Assembly (NCBI GenBank): GCA_013239625.1
Contig: MU054220.1
Span: forward strand, 4,895,328 to 4,959,327
From: Lama guanicoe
Taxonomy: Eukaryota
Direction of reading: 5' to 3'
DNA length: 64,000 bases
Below the pieces are notes generated by a model. That model saw nothing but the letters and a program-made list of their open reading frames with translations, did not search any database and was not told where the DNA came from. The position numbers and the translations under genes were made by a program. Below, in pieces: positions 26,321 to 39,070 of this stretch (the stretch's first letter is position 1; every line of letters begins with the position of its first letter).

Positions 26321-26482
26321 CATATTGCCTAATTTTTTGGTGAGGGAGGGGAAGTAATCAGGTTTATTTATTCATCTATTTTTAGAGGAGGTACTGGGGT
26401 TTGAACCCAGGACCTTGTGCATGCTAAGCATACGCTCTGCCACTTGAGCTATACCTTCCCCCCACCATATTGCCTAATTTTT
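26321..26482 (-). mobile_element. tRNA-Ala(AGC)-derived SINE (camelid Vic-1-like) with 17-bp TSD
   Basis: revcomp ggtatagctcaagtggcagagcgtatgcttagcatgcacaaggtcctgggttcaaaccccagtacctcc plus AT-rich tail; perfect TSD catattgcctaattttt at 26321-26337 and 26466-26482. Confidence 0.92.
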
Positions 26483-27554
26483 AAATCACTCTTTCCAGTT
26501 GTCTGAGGGAGAACTAAAGAATTTCAGAAAAAAACAAAAGGTTCTATTCTTTGATCTATAGTATAAGTCTACTCCAGCTCAAAGGGAAAACAAAAAAAGC
26601 TGATTATGTGGAAAAATATTGCTTGTCTTCCCAGCAAAGGCAGAAATGATATTCTCATTAAAGAAACATAAGAAAATGTTGGAGAAGGAAAAATGGAAAG
26701 ACACCTAAAAAGTAACAGTCATCTTCCAGGAATATGACTATTATCTTTTGCTAATGCAAAAATGAGGAGATTCTAGGGCTCAGACTAACCTTGAAAGGGT
26801 TTTTTTTTTTTCTGAACTACATGATTTAAATGAAATGCTTTAGATAACAAGGTCCTATGTGAAAATGGAAACAACTTTTCTCTGCTTAATGCTTTATACT
26901 TGCTTGCAAAACATTTAGCATTTAATTCAAATGCTGGCAGTCTGGTTTTTCTTAGAAGGAGGAGAGTACAAGGTAATATCAACTAAGCATGAAACTCCAA
27001 AGAGGGTATTTTTGATTCTGGAGTTGCTGTGAGATCGTAAGACATTTCAACATCCTTTTCAGTGATTTGAGTATGCCTGCATAGATTGTGTCATTAATAT
27101 TAACATACCCTACAAGGGTATTCTGGAAAACAACTAAATATTTAATATACCTTGCCAAACTATAAGTCTCCAAAGGGATAAAGGCACAATTTATCCTGTG
27201 GCTAAACAGATTTTCAGAGTAAACTAAGTTCTTAGGAACCGCTATCATGACTAAGGTTAAGGAAATCTCCTAGCTTCTCATGTTAATTCTGTTTACAAAG
27301 GTCCTAGAATACGGATTTTCTAACTAGAGTTGGATATCCATTTATTTGTTAATAAGAATTCTTTACTTCTGAACCTCATAAGTTGGTAAGAAATTCCTGG
27401 TTGGGTTAGGAATCCTTTAGGGTTCTGCAGGATCCTTGAGGTTATAATAAAGAAATGCCACAAAACCGAGACACATCAGAACTTTGTAAGAGCCAAGTAA
27501 CTAGAGCTAGCCAAGTAAAACTACTGACAGACTCGTGTAGTTCTTCTAGCACTT

Positions 27555-27775
27555 GACATAGCAGGTAAGAGCATGGACTGGAACCAGATTAAGTAAATTC
27601 AAATCCTGTTTCTACTACTTTCTAGATCTGTAGCAGGGCAAGTAATTTTTAACTTCTTTGTGTATCAGTTTCCTCAACTGCAGGTTGTTTAATGGTAGTA
27701 TCCACTTCACTGCTGAGATTAAATGTAAAGAGCTGGACCACTGCCCAGCACACGGTAAACTATTATTACTGTTAT
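27555..27775 (+). mobile_element. MIR SINE
   Basis: ttcaaatcctgtttctactacttt..gggcaagt..ctttgtgtatcagtttcctca. Confidence 0.7.
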
Positions 27776-30700
27776 CTCCCTGAAAAGTTGCAAAGGAATA
27801 AGTTATCCCAAGTAATCTCTTTTAACAAGGTCTGCTGGTTATAGCCAACTCAGAATCTTTAGTATGAGCAACTGGCTCTTAGCAGTCATCAAAATATTCG
27901 CTCAATTTCAGCTCTGGTGTGTGCACCTGTATGTATGTGTGTGTGGAGGGGGGAGATGCTGGAAGCAGTACTGAGTTCACTTCCACCAGTCATTCAGAAG
28001 AAAACAGCAATTAATTCATATTAAACTGCTCAGCATAACGAAATCCTAAAATATTTAGTAGATTTAGAGATTAGCCTCACAGTCTGCTCTGTCCTGTAAA
28101 GGACATTTTTTACTAGATAGCATGGATTCCTTGCCTTACAATCTGAAAATGGACTACAGTCTACGTTAAGTTAATCAACACTCGCCTCTTTGCTGCTCAA
28201 AAACTCCTGTTAGGTTGCTACTTTGGCTCCAGTCTTTCTGCAAATCTTTCTCCCTCTAACATACTTCCCCCTACCCAACAAATATGTATAATATCCCTAT
28301 GTTTCTGACTATATAATAAATTTCTTAGACACAAATAATAATTAAACTGATTTGTAATGGGAATGAAAATTCAAATTTAAATTTTATGTTGCTGAAGGCA
28401 AAGTAACATATGTCAGAAAAACGGTCTTTGTGAACAGTGGAATATTCTAAAAATATTCCTACCATCCCTGTTCTGCGCTTGGGCAAGGTAGGCGGGCAGG
28501 TCACACTAATAGGATTATATACTCTAAAGTTTGCTTTCCTCTGCCTATGAGAAAAGTTACCTTATAGGAAGCATTCAATTAAATAAAAGGTACCTGGATG
28601 GAAAACCAACACTGTCCTCTTAACAGATATGAGTGACTTTTTAGAGTATCTGTCTTTGTCCTTACCTTTTCCTCAATTGCACTCAAATTATTCTTTTTTT
28701 TTTTTTTTGGTAAACAGGTAACTTAGAAACATATTGTGAATGTTTTATTTTACTGTAGTTTTAGCTACCTCAAAATTTCATATTCATTTCTCTAGTAAGA
28801 TAATATGTGTTTTAGAAAAGGTAGTAAAATAAATTGTGAAGTGAAAAAAGTGTATCTTTCAGTTGCTCACCATTGCTATGCAAAATCACTTTAAAATAGT
28901 ACCAGGAAACTTTAACTGTGGGTGGCATGTGGGGCTTGGTACCACACAGAGTAAAAGGTATACTTGAAGAAGTAAGAAAACTTACTGGGAACAGAGTCCT
29001 TTAAGATTTCCACCTCCAGAGGTTGTTGACAAAGTCTTGCAGACCTTGTTCCAAGAGGACCACTCCACAGTATGGATTCGCATCCTGCTTTAGCTGCAGC
29101 CTTACCATATTAACTTGGGCAAATCAATTAATTCACTTCTCCGTGTCTAGGTTCCTTATCTGAGATGGAGGGATAAGCTACTGTCCTATGGTAAGAGAAG
29201 TCTCAGGAAATGCCACTGCTGAAACCACTGTGAATGTAAGCATACCAAACTCCTCGCGTTTGGGTGAAACCTAGGTTGCTGACGGCCGCACCTGAGACAA
29301 GTGAAGCTGCCTCACCTCCTCTGTCCTGGGCTGTGTCCTCCACTTGGAAAGACAAGAGTAGTGATTTCAACAGAAGTAATGCTCCTTAGACTTGTTCTCA
29401 CTCAGCAATTACTGCTGAATGAAATTCTCTGCAGGAAGTTTTAAAGTAATGCTTACGTAATAACTGAGCTTAAAAGTACAACTCCAATTCGAAAACAGAC
29501 CATATTAAAGACCTGAAATCAGCAACCTCAGAATTACATAGGCATTCCGTCATGGTAAGTGAATGAGTCAGAAGTGAGTTTAAAAAAGAAAAACTAAGAA
29601 AAGTGTGTGACCTCAAAAACTAGTGAGAGAGAGACAGAGATTGATTACCAATTACTACATATTCTAGAGTCAAATTCTATCCTGGGGAACACTGTTCACA
29701 CATGGTAGGGGAATCTGGATTGCCCAAGAATTCAAAGATGCACTGGTTTCTACAGACCTGTACTCCCTGTCTCCTTTTAAGGGAGAAAAAGAAGAACTGG
29801 GTGTAAACTGGCCCCTCTGTCTTGCCACGTGGCCTTCGCTTTAAGTGTGCTCTCTTAAAGCTCAGGGAGCAAAGACAGCACCAGCTGAGACACAGACACC
29901 AGGACATGCAGGCTGTGGAAGAAATGACTCCAGTGATGGAATCCAAGCTCTCCACAGCTATGACTTCGTCTAGAAATGTGAAAGATCAGGTTCGATCTCC
30001 AAACAAGGGAATTTAAACATTCACTGGAAGTTTACTAGAAAAGGTAACTACACTGAAAAAGAAGGAAAATTAATTGCCACAACTCCTACTATCGCTATCA
30101 TCATCATCATCGTTAAATTTGAACCTCTGTCTTACTTCGGCCTAGGGAAATTTGTTTCTAGCGAGAATGCTGGGGAAATAAATCCAACAGATTTTTCTCA
30201 CATTTACTGATTTACCCATAAATGTTACTTTTTCAATGAGGGTCAATAAGGACATCTGTTTGCAACTTTCATTAAAAACAGTGCAGACAGGAGGTAGGAG
30301 AATACAGGCTATTAGGATGTGTCATCTTCTAGTGGACAAGTGAGACACTATAATTCCTTTTCTCCTCTCCCTGCTATGGTGTGGGAGCTTCAGATAGTAA
30401 AAGAAGATCTCCCTATATGTACGTTGAGTGGGGCTTGGTATAAAGCATTCTGGGTAAACGGTGTGTGGTTACAAGTTACCTACCCTTTATTACTAGGTAG
30501 TCTCAGTAGTTCAGACTTGAAATACGATCGGCTAACTTGCTATCTGAGTACATTCTCTGGGCTAAACATGGTGAGAAGGATGTGGAATGCATGGTGGGCC
30601 AGGGTGTGAAGATGAAGAAAGGACTGGTCCCTGCTTCGATGAGCTAGAGAAGTCTTGTAGGAGAGTTGTGTCTTGTGCACAAGTAACTCTAATGGTAAGT

Positions 30701-32802
30701 CTCAGGAGTTGAAGGAGAGGTGCAGGTAGAATGACTGGTTATACATTACTTACAATTAAGGGACCCGGTGGGCAGAAGTGGGCCTTGAAGGATGGGCAAG
30801 ATTAGAATTTTTGTGCAGGGGGAGGGCAGGAAGGAGTTATAGGGAAGAGCTGCTGAAAACAACACTAAGCAAACACAGGGAACTAGGAAAGCAGGGTGTA
30901 TGTGGTAAAGAAAATAGGTTACCCACAACAGCATCATCATGTCATGTCAGGTACAATTTCCACTGTCTTGGCAAAAGACAGAATGATATTAAAGCCCTTA
31001 TGTAGTCAGTGAGCTTAAATTAAGCATATTTATTTGAGTCAATCACACAGTGATTGCGGTGAGTTGGCTTCGTTCAATTCTTCATATCTAGAAGATGCCT
31101 AACAACAAACAGAAGGTCGGGGTGGATGGGGGCGCCGGGGAGATTTCCTAGCTATTCACAAGCTTTGCAGTTTACATTTACCTCTCCTTTCTCCAGCTTC
31201 AAATGATTAGTCACCTGCTGACATCAAGGAAAGAAATCAAGTAGGAAAATCAATAGACCTTAACTCTGGTGCTCTTCCTCAAACTACAGATGAAGGCACA
31301 GAGACATGCACAGCTGGGAAGGGGCCTGCCATAAGAAGCTTGTTGCCATCAGGCTCACCCTTTTTCTAGAGCAAAGATATAATGCAAGGCCGAGGCTAAT
31401 GAAATGTCAAAGGCTACTTGGTCATTTTTACTCCTCAGATTAAGTGAATTATAAGGACAATATCTCTAAATGAGAACACAAGATCTTAGTTATTCCATGA
31501 TAACGAGCTGAATCCAGTAATACCTCATAGGACTTAGATATGAGGAAAAAGAGTGTTAGGACTTGCTCTTTACACTGGTATGGGTAGTTAGTATGATATT
31601 TAAACTAAGGTTAAAAGAAAAAAATAGCTTTCAGAGGCACTGAACATTTTGAGCAAGACCTTGCAGATTTCAGTAAATTCTCTACTTGCCTGATTGCAGA
31701 CCCACTTCAGGAGTTTGGGAATTTTGATTTGAGCATATCTACATCATCAAAGTACATACGGCCAGTGCATTAAATCAAGTGAAAAGCACAGAAAAATAAA
31801 TGATAGTATCATACTATTTCCTTTTGCATTATGTCACCAAATGAAAGTCACCTGGAGGCACTCACCTCAGTGGCCACTTTGCACATAATAACATGGTTTC
31901 CAGGACCTTGCTCTCTCCCAATTTTTAACACTTACGGTTTTTAGGCAGTGTACAGGGAGAGAGGTGGTGAACTGTTTCTTTGTTTTGTTCAGGGTAGGTT
32001 TTCCTCTAGCTATCTCTCACAACACTGAGGGAAATCAGCTATATTATTACAGGTACACCAGGAATCAAGACTTGATCAACACCAGGTACCCTCAGCTGCT
32101 ACTGACCTTCTCCTGAAATTTGGTATGCTTGTTCTTTTAATAATCATCACTTTGGATGTTTGTGATCTGACTGGGTTATTAACTAATGCCTGACAGCTAA
32201 AGTGGTTTAAACTGCTTTGAGTGTGGCAAATTCTGAATGGAAAATTTAGATCTGTTGTTATAAAAAGCAACTAAATGAGAAGACAAGAGAAATCCAAAGC
32301 TGTGCTCTCAACAGTAATGAAATTTGATTTAAATTTCTCCTGCATTTTCGAGATCACAACTAAGTAAATTTTGGTGGTTAAGAAAAAGTAACAGATGCTT
32401 GAGATTTTCTTGGTCAGTGAGCACAGTAGTTTAGAATAAAATAAATTCTACTACTAGTAATAACTAACATTGAATGAAAAAGGGAGAGAAAACCCCAAAC
32501 CAGCATACACACAGACACACATACATATGCCAGGTATCCTCGGTCATATGTGTTTTAAATCTCACCAATGCTCTTTTCTAGTGATTATCAGACTGCAGTA
32601 TTTCCATCACTGAGGGAAAAAAAAACATTCAGTGATTAAATTTGTAAAGGGGTTTAAATACTTGGTGCTCACTGTATTAAACAAAAATTCCAAAAACTGG
32701 GAATTCATTTCAACCAGCTGGTTCACAGTGCACATAAAGAATTTTCTGAGGCACAAGTCACTTTAAAGAAAAAAAGCCCACTCTACCAATGCAGCACAGA
32801 TT

Positions 32803-32892
32803 TTGTGTGTGTGTGTGTGTGTGAAAGAGAGAGAGAGAGAGAGACAGAGACACAGAAGGAGACAAAGAGATGGAGGGAGGGGAGGAGGGAGA
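32803..32892. repeat. Compound (TG)n(GA)n microsatellite and purine tract
   Basis: direct reading of the sequence. Confidence 0.9.
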
Positions 32893-32904
32893 GTCCTGTC
32901 AATT

Positions 32905-33026
32905 AGAGTAATCTTTTTGAATGAGGAAGAATTATGCAAATGCTTGCCATGAGATAGCAAAGCATCAGTTAGCATCACAAACTGAAATATCTCCAAAAAC
33001 ATCTACAACAATAAATGGAACTGAGC

Positions 33027-33061
<35 letters not shown>

Positions 33062-33200
33062 TAATCTTATGAGGAAGAATTATGCAAATGCTTGCCATGA
33101 GATAGCAAAGCATCAGTTAGCATCACAAACTGAAATATCTCCAAAAACATCTACAACAATAAATGGAACTGAGCAAGTAAAATAAAAAAAAAAAAAAAAA
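32905..33200 (+). repeat. Direct duplication of ~126 bp, each copy ending AATAAA-15 nt-poly(A)
   Basis: copy 1 32905-33030, A28 33031-33058, copy 2 ~33058-33178 (identical except a 5-bp deletion), A-rich 33179-33200. Confidence 0.95.
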
Positions 33201-33989
33201 CACAGAGCAAAAAGGAAGCAGAACCATGATCTAAACTTAATTTACTTCCTCAAAAATATAGCTGACTTCCTTTTGAGACTCAAGATAGTAACCCTAACAC
33301 TGGCAAAGAGCATTCGCACACCTAATGCGTTAAGCTCTGTAACTCAGAGAGATAATAAATTTGCAACTTCTTATTTTTAGGGTAATGAACAAAAGTATTC
33401 CGTAAGTGAGTGACAAGCTGCAGTGCTACCCAACCCTAGCTGACTTCAAGAAATGCTACTGAAATATCTAAAGTGACAGCCTAGTTGTTGTCCCTGGTCT
33501 CAGTCCTTGGAGCATCATAGCTAAGCTACAGCAACGTAGTTCCAACAGTCCTGCAGACAGAATAAGACCACTTGCTCTATGTGTATGACATGTCGGGGCT
33601 TAAAATACCTTGGTGAAAAATGCCCTACTTCTTCACTCACCTGCCAACATTTTCTACTATTTTATTCCAAACACATATTGACTTTTTCACGTTTCTAACA
33701 AGTGAGTTTTTAAAAAGTCTTCCTTATTTGTATGTCCTGTTAATATATTTTCTAAAGAACAATGCTTGGTATCATTAACTATTTGCTTTAAAATCATTTT
33801 AGTCACACAGTGACAGGATGAAACATGAGTTACATAGTTTAGAATCTATGCCAATAGTTCTAAAAGTAATTCAACTATATAGAGAGAGCTCACTTTAATA
33901 TTTCCATTATCCTAAAGTTTGTTCTTACTGTTTTAGTGTAGGTATCTCTCTAATTTTACAGAAAATACTTTTGATAAAATGAGTTCAGC

Positions 33990-34315
33990 AAATGATTTTC
34001 TAAACTGTTAAACCCAGAGCTTCCCACACTATTCATTCATCAAATACTGTTGTGATTTTCCCATAGTTACCAGTACCATTATTTATGTAGTTTTTTTTTT
34101 AAATGGATGCACCGTTTAATCTTATCTTAATTTATGTTCAAAGGGAAAATCAGTACCACTTTTCATGAATCACAATTTTGATGTGCTGGTTATATATTTC
34201 TTCTAATGCCCATTAGAATAAGCTACAAATGCTAAAATTAAAAAATGTTAATCTAAGAACCACCTAAAAGCGTGCACACCTCTGGTGGTATTCGTACCAC
34301 ACTTTAGGAACCAAT
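33990..34315. mobile_element. hAT-Charlie-like DNA transposon remnant
   Basis: ends cagagcttcccaca / gtaccacactttaggaacc. Confidence 0.45.
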
Positions 34316-34329
34316 AGAGACACACTACT

Positions 34330-35056
34330 ATTCATTTTTCCCCCTTCTCAAGCCCTCTGTTCCTCTGACTTTCAAGACCTAGCTCCCTCTTGGTTCTCCC
34401 AATACCTCTTTTCACTCTTTCACTGGCTCTGCTCCTTAAATGCTAGTATTTCCTAAGATTTCATTCTTAAGACTTTTCTTCTCACCCTGGAAGTTCTGAG
34501 GGAAACAGAGACATCTCTGAATGAACATGTTTATCACTGAACTTATTTTCCAGCCCCATATCAATGCATAGATGATTTCTTTCCTGCATGCCCTCTCTTA
34601 ATTAATGACATTCACATTTATCCAGTTACCAACGTCAGAAATCTCTCTAGTCAGTTCACATTTTGAGTCCATTGTTTTCAGCCTTTCCTCTCTCATCACA
34701 TCTCTAACTCCCTCTGCCCCTCTCCACTCTCATCTGACAAGTGGCCTCTTATTTCACTGAGAAGTAATCAAAAGTCTCACCATCATACTATACCTATATA
34801 TTGTCCCTTCTTCTATCTAAGGACAACCCTGACCCTACATTTGTGCCTTGGAGCCCATCCTCTTCTGTCTATTCAAGAATTTTGCTTCTATGATTATTTT
34901 TTTTCTGCATCTTCAATTTCTTCCTCTTTACTGGATCACTCCTATGCGAATATATCACAATATTTTCTATTTTTAGAACAACAAAACTCAAACCAAATAT
35001 CTTCGATCTTGCATTCCCCTCCAACTACCATCCCATTTTTCCGCTCCTCACTATAG
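34330..35056 (+). mobile_element. L2 fragments
   Basis: pyrimidine-rich L2 motifs (ttatttcactgagaa, tgtgccttggagcccatcctcttc). Confidence 0.6.
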
Positions 35057-35593
35057 CAAACCTTGACATATGACTGGATAAAGAAGTTGCGGTACAGTTA
35101 TACAATGAAATACTACTCAACCATAAAAAAGAATAAAATAACATTTGCAGCAACATGGATGGTTGAGAATGATAGAGATCATCATTCTAAGTGAAGCTAG
35201 ACAGAAAGAGAAAGAGAAATACCGTATGATACCACTTATATGTGGAATCTAAAAAAAAAAGACACAAATGAGCTTATTTACAAAACAGAAACAGACTTAT
35301 AGACATAGAAAACAATCTTATGGTTACCAGAGGAAAAAGGAGTAGGGAGGGATAAAATGGGAATTTGGGATTTGCAGATATTAACTACTATATAAAGTAG
35401 ATAAACAACAGGGTCCTACTGTATATAGCACAAGGAACTGTATACAATATCTTTTAAAAGCTTAAATTAAAAAAAAATAAGATAAGGAATATACATAAAT
35501 ATATAACTGAGTCACTACGCTGTACACCAGAAACTAACACAACATTGTAAAATGACTAAAATGACATGTAAAATTTTAAAAAATTAAAAAAAA
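35057..35593 (+). mobile_element. Lineage-type L1 3' end with A-tail
   Basis: tggataaagaag..atttgcagcaacatggat..tgtggaatctaaaaaa..aacaacagggtcctactgtatatagcacaaggaac..tgtacaccagaaactaacacaacattgtaaa. Confidence 0.92.
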
Positions 35594-38500
35594 AGTCTTT
35601 GAGACTGTATCTTTCTGTTTTTGTTTTTTTTTAAGTAGATATCTTCATTAATTCCCATCAAGAATGTAATAAAGCAAAGGTCCTTAACTGCAGGTAGCAT
35701 GTGCTGGATAGTCCACAGGAGGGCAGCAAAATACAGAATGCCTTTTTCTTCAAAATCTGAACTCCTTGTAAAATCGCTTTAAGTTACAAGTTATAAATCT
35801 ATGGAAATTTAGTTTGAAGAACACAGACTAAAACCTCAGGCAATGAAACAAGTTATAGAAGGATGATAAAATTTAAGTAAATAGTAAATAGATGCTATAA
35901 ATAAACATTGTAAAGACAATACAGGATAATTCTTCTACACATTGGAACAGATATTAATGTTCATGTATGTAATTTGGAAACTTTTTTTATTGTGGTGCAA
36001 ACTTTCAAATACATATTATAGAGAATCTTATATTCTAAGCATTCCTAGACATTTAAGTCTGAGTTATGTATAAGATTTATTCATAATTTCTAAAGATCTG
36101 GCCAATAATTTTAAGTGGGCATGTATCTCAGTGAATTAAGGAAAGACCAACGTTCAGAAATTGTAGGGTTGATGCTTAATTATATTTGGTTAATAACAAT
36201 GCCATTATTAGTGCAAGCCTATATAGCATATTTATATATTTATATATATACATATAAAAGCATCTCATGTAAACGAAGTCTAATAAATATAACCCATCAC
36301 TGGTCTTATGTTTTCTAAAATAAGAAAAGTAAGACCAAGTGAAGAATAAAAATAAAGTAAAATTATGTATATCAGAGACATAATAACAGAACAATGAATA
36401 TTACTTAAGTAGCAGAAAGTACCTTTGTTAGGTGTAACTTTTTAATTTTAAAATCAGTAAAGTTGAAGAATGAAATTATTTAGAAAACACTTTGGAGTAA
36501 GGAATGCTTGGAAAATTCACTATCACAAATATTACAGATTTAATATCTACATTTCGCTTATATTGTTATAAAAATCATTTTTCTTTGGTCATTAGAAAAG
36601 GTAATTATTGCTTAATGAAATTTCATTTCCTGTGACACTTTAACTTCCAATTTTTAAAAAGTCCTTTTTTTAGTGTTTAGCACTCAAGAGTCTTTACTTA
36701 TACTCAAAAGCATTGGAAGTTTATTTAACAGATTCCATTTTACTTTAAAAAAGGCCAAGTAGGTTGTTATTGAAGAATGAGTTTGATAAAGCAGTCAGTT
36801 CAGTTCTATCTAAGTTAAACTGTTAAATAACAAACCAATAAATGTGAAGGAAAAAGTGTGTATTTCAAAACTGCCAAAATAATGTTTAATCAAAAGTAGA
36901 AGCACTAACTTTTCTTTTACAGTCAACTTAGAGTGGGCAATTAAAAATTCAATCTATTATATTTCCCTTCCCAGCATCCTTGAAACTGGGATGCTAATAT
37001 AACTAACTATAAAAGAAAAAGATTCATAAATACTATTTAAAGGAGAGAGAGGGAGATGATGATAGGTAGTTGCTATAAAAACACATGCACCTAACAAATG
37101 GCAGTCAATAAAATGATTTCTAGATTAATAAGTTTGGAAAAACTGTCAGATAAATGATTCTGTACTAATTGACACACTTTTAGCTATAAAGTTTTTACAA
37201 GTAGGAAATTTTGTGAGCATAATGATTATGTACTTTCAAGCTGAATAAATCAGTATTCAAAGCTAAACACGATACCTGTGCAAATCTTCCAAGAAACATA
37301 AACTGAAAATCTGTGTGAAAAATTCCATGATTATATATGATAATCAATATAATACTTGCTGATGTTAAAAGACTGCCTACAATTTTACAGTTTAGTTCAT
37401 ACTACCCAAGACATTATACTATATCATATATGCTATAAAAATAGTTACTAACATGGATCTTTAAAGAAAATAATTTGTGGAAGATTAATAATAGTGGTCA
37501 GAAAAAGTGTTTTAAAAATGTTTTCCAAAAGTATTTAACGATTTTTGATCTTGAAACGCTTATCTGAAAAGCTTTTAAATTGGAAGCTTTTCAAACAGAC
37601 TTTCATAAGAGAATTTTTTTGGTTGGGAAAGAGGTGAAAAAGGGCAGCTTAAATTCTTACCCAATAAAACCAATTACAATATGAATTCCTTGATTATTAT
37701 ATGGAAAAGAATCACAAGCACTGTTTGTCTCTTGGAAGCTTTGTATAGTCATAATAAAAACCTTAGACAGATAATATGTCAGAAAAGTAAGAAAACTTAT
37801 GAAGCTTCTTTCAATACAGCAAAAGTGAAAAAGCAAAAGGCAGACAGAATCATCTGAAAGTACAGAAATGCTAATCGTTACTTACAAGTTTTTGTTTTTC
37901 TTTTCATCAACTATTTAGTAAAGCTCAGAGTTAACTGGAGCAGATGCAGCTGTTTAGATTTTAAAATTAGAAATTCACGGTTTCTAGAGGTGTTTGTTTC
38001 TTTCAAGTTTCAGCTTTTCAAAGCTGGGAACTCAGGGGAGTAGCTGTGAATTATTACAGCTATTACAGGATTATTGTGGAAACAAGTCATGCAAAAAATT
38101 GTCAAAGAAAAATTTTAATACTGAAATTATTTCAGTATTATCAGTAAGTTTTTAAACCAAGAAAATGCTATATCATACATTTCCATTAGGGGTAACAGTA
38201 TTAATTTAGTAGTTAGCAGATGTTGGCTTCTTTTGTAAACTAATTAATTACAATATAAAAAGGGTTAATGATTTTTTAAAAATTAAAAAAGAATTTTTTA
38301 ATGAACTCTTCCTGAAAGAACTAAAAATGGTATTCCCTCTTACCAAGTCGAATTATTTTCTTTTATTGTATCTAATCCAATAATATTCCTGGAATAATCT
38401 AGACTATCAGATACTACAATTTTGAGAAAGATCTGTTTCAAGTTAATAGTTTCCTGGGCTACTTGAGATTATGTTCTAGGGAAAAAGCTCAAGACAATCA

Positions 38501-38879
38501 AATTTCCTCTCTTGGTATCAGTGTCATAAAATAAGAATAAATTTTTAGGAACTAAAATGCTAAGTAAAAGCATGTAAAACCAATGCTAAAGAAAAGGCTT
38601 TTTAGAAAAGGATCACTATATACATATTAAACTCTTCTTCCCAATAACAGAAAAGAATCAAGAGAGGTGAGGGAGATGGTAGTAAGCAAAGAAAGTAAGA
38701 TTCTGTTAATATAAGCAGCTCATTGAAAAAAGTGAAATCCTGTTTATAAGGCTGTCCTTAGATAACCTACAAAATTTAGAAGATCACAACATATTTTCTA
38801 GTATTATAAGATGATAAAGATCCTTAATTTGCACCTTCAAAGTTATATTTTATATTCATTATGAATTTCTAATAGCTTT

Positions 38880-39070
38880 TATATAACACCTATTATATGA
38901 TAACAATCTCACTTAATTCTCCCAAAAAGTATATGAGATTTTATTGTCTTTCATTTTATAGACTAGGACACAAATTACTTTACTGGGAACATGAGGACAG
39001 TAATGGTAGAGCCAGGGCTCAAACGTGAATCTGTGTGAGTCCAGCACTAGACACTCCACCACACACCCTT
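38880..39070 (-). mobile_element. MIR SINE
   Basis: tcattttatagactagga; gtaatggtagagccagggctcaaac. Confidence 0.55.

Noticed and set aside
26386..26460. tRNA-Ala(AGC) gene (also 4625-4690 and 60551-60617)
   Set aside because: TSDs, SINE tails and stem mismatches show these are tRNA-derived SINEs
29677..30609. Cluster of 64-96 aa ORFs as a nested gene
   Set aside because: No recognisable domain or consistent exon structure; lengths are within chance expectation
31098..31142. G-quadruplex
   Set aside because: Only three runs of three or more G
37886..37949. 64-nt exon-like segment (aaacag|...CTT|gtaagt)
   Set aside because: Poor pyrimidine tract, stops in all frames, and only 32 nt from the next candidate acceptor
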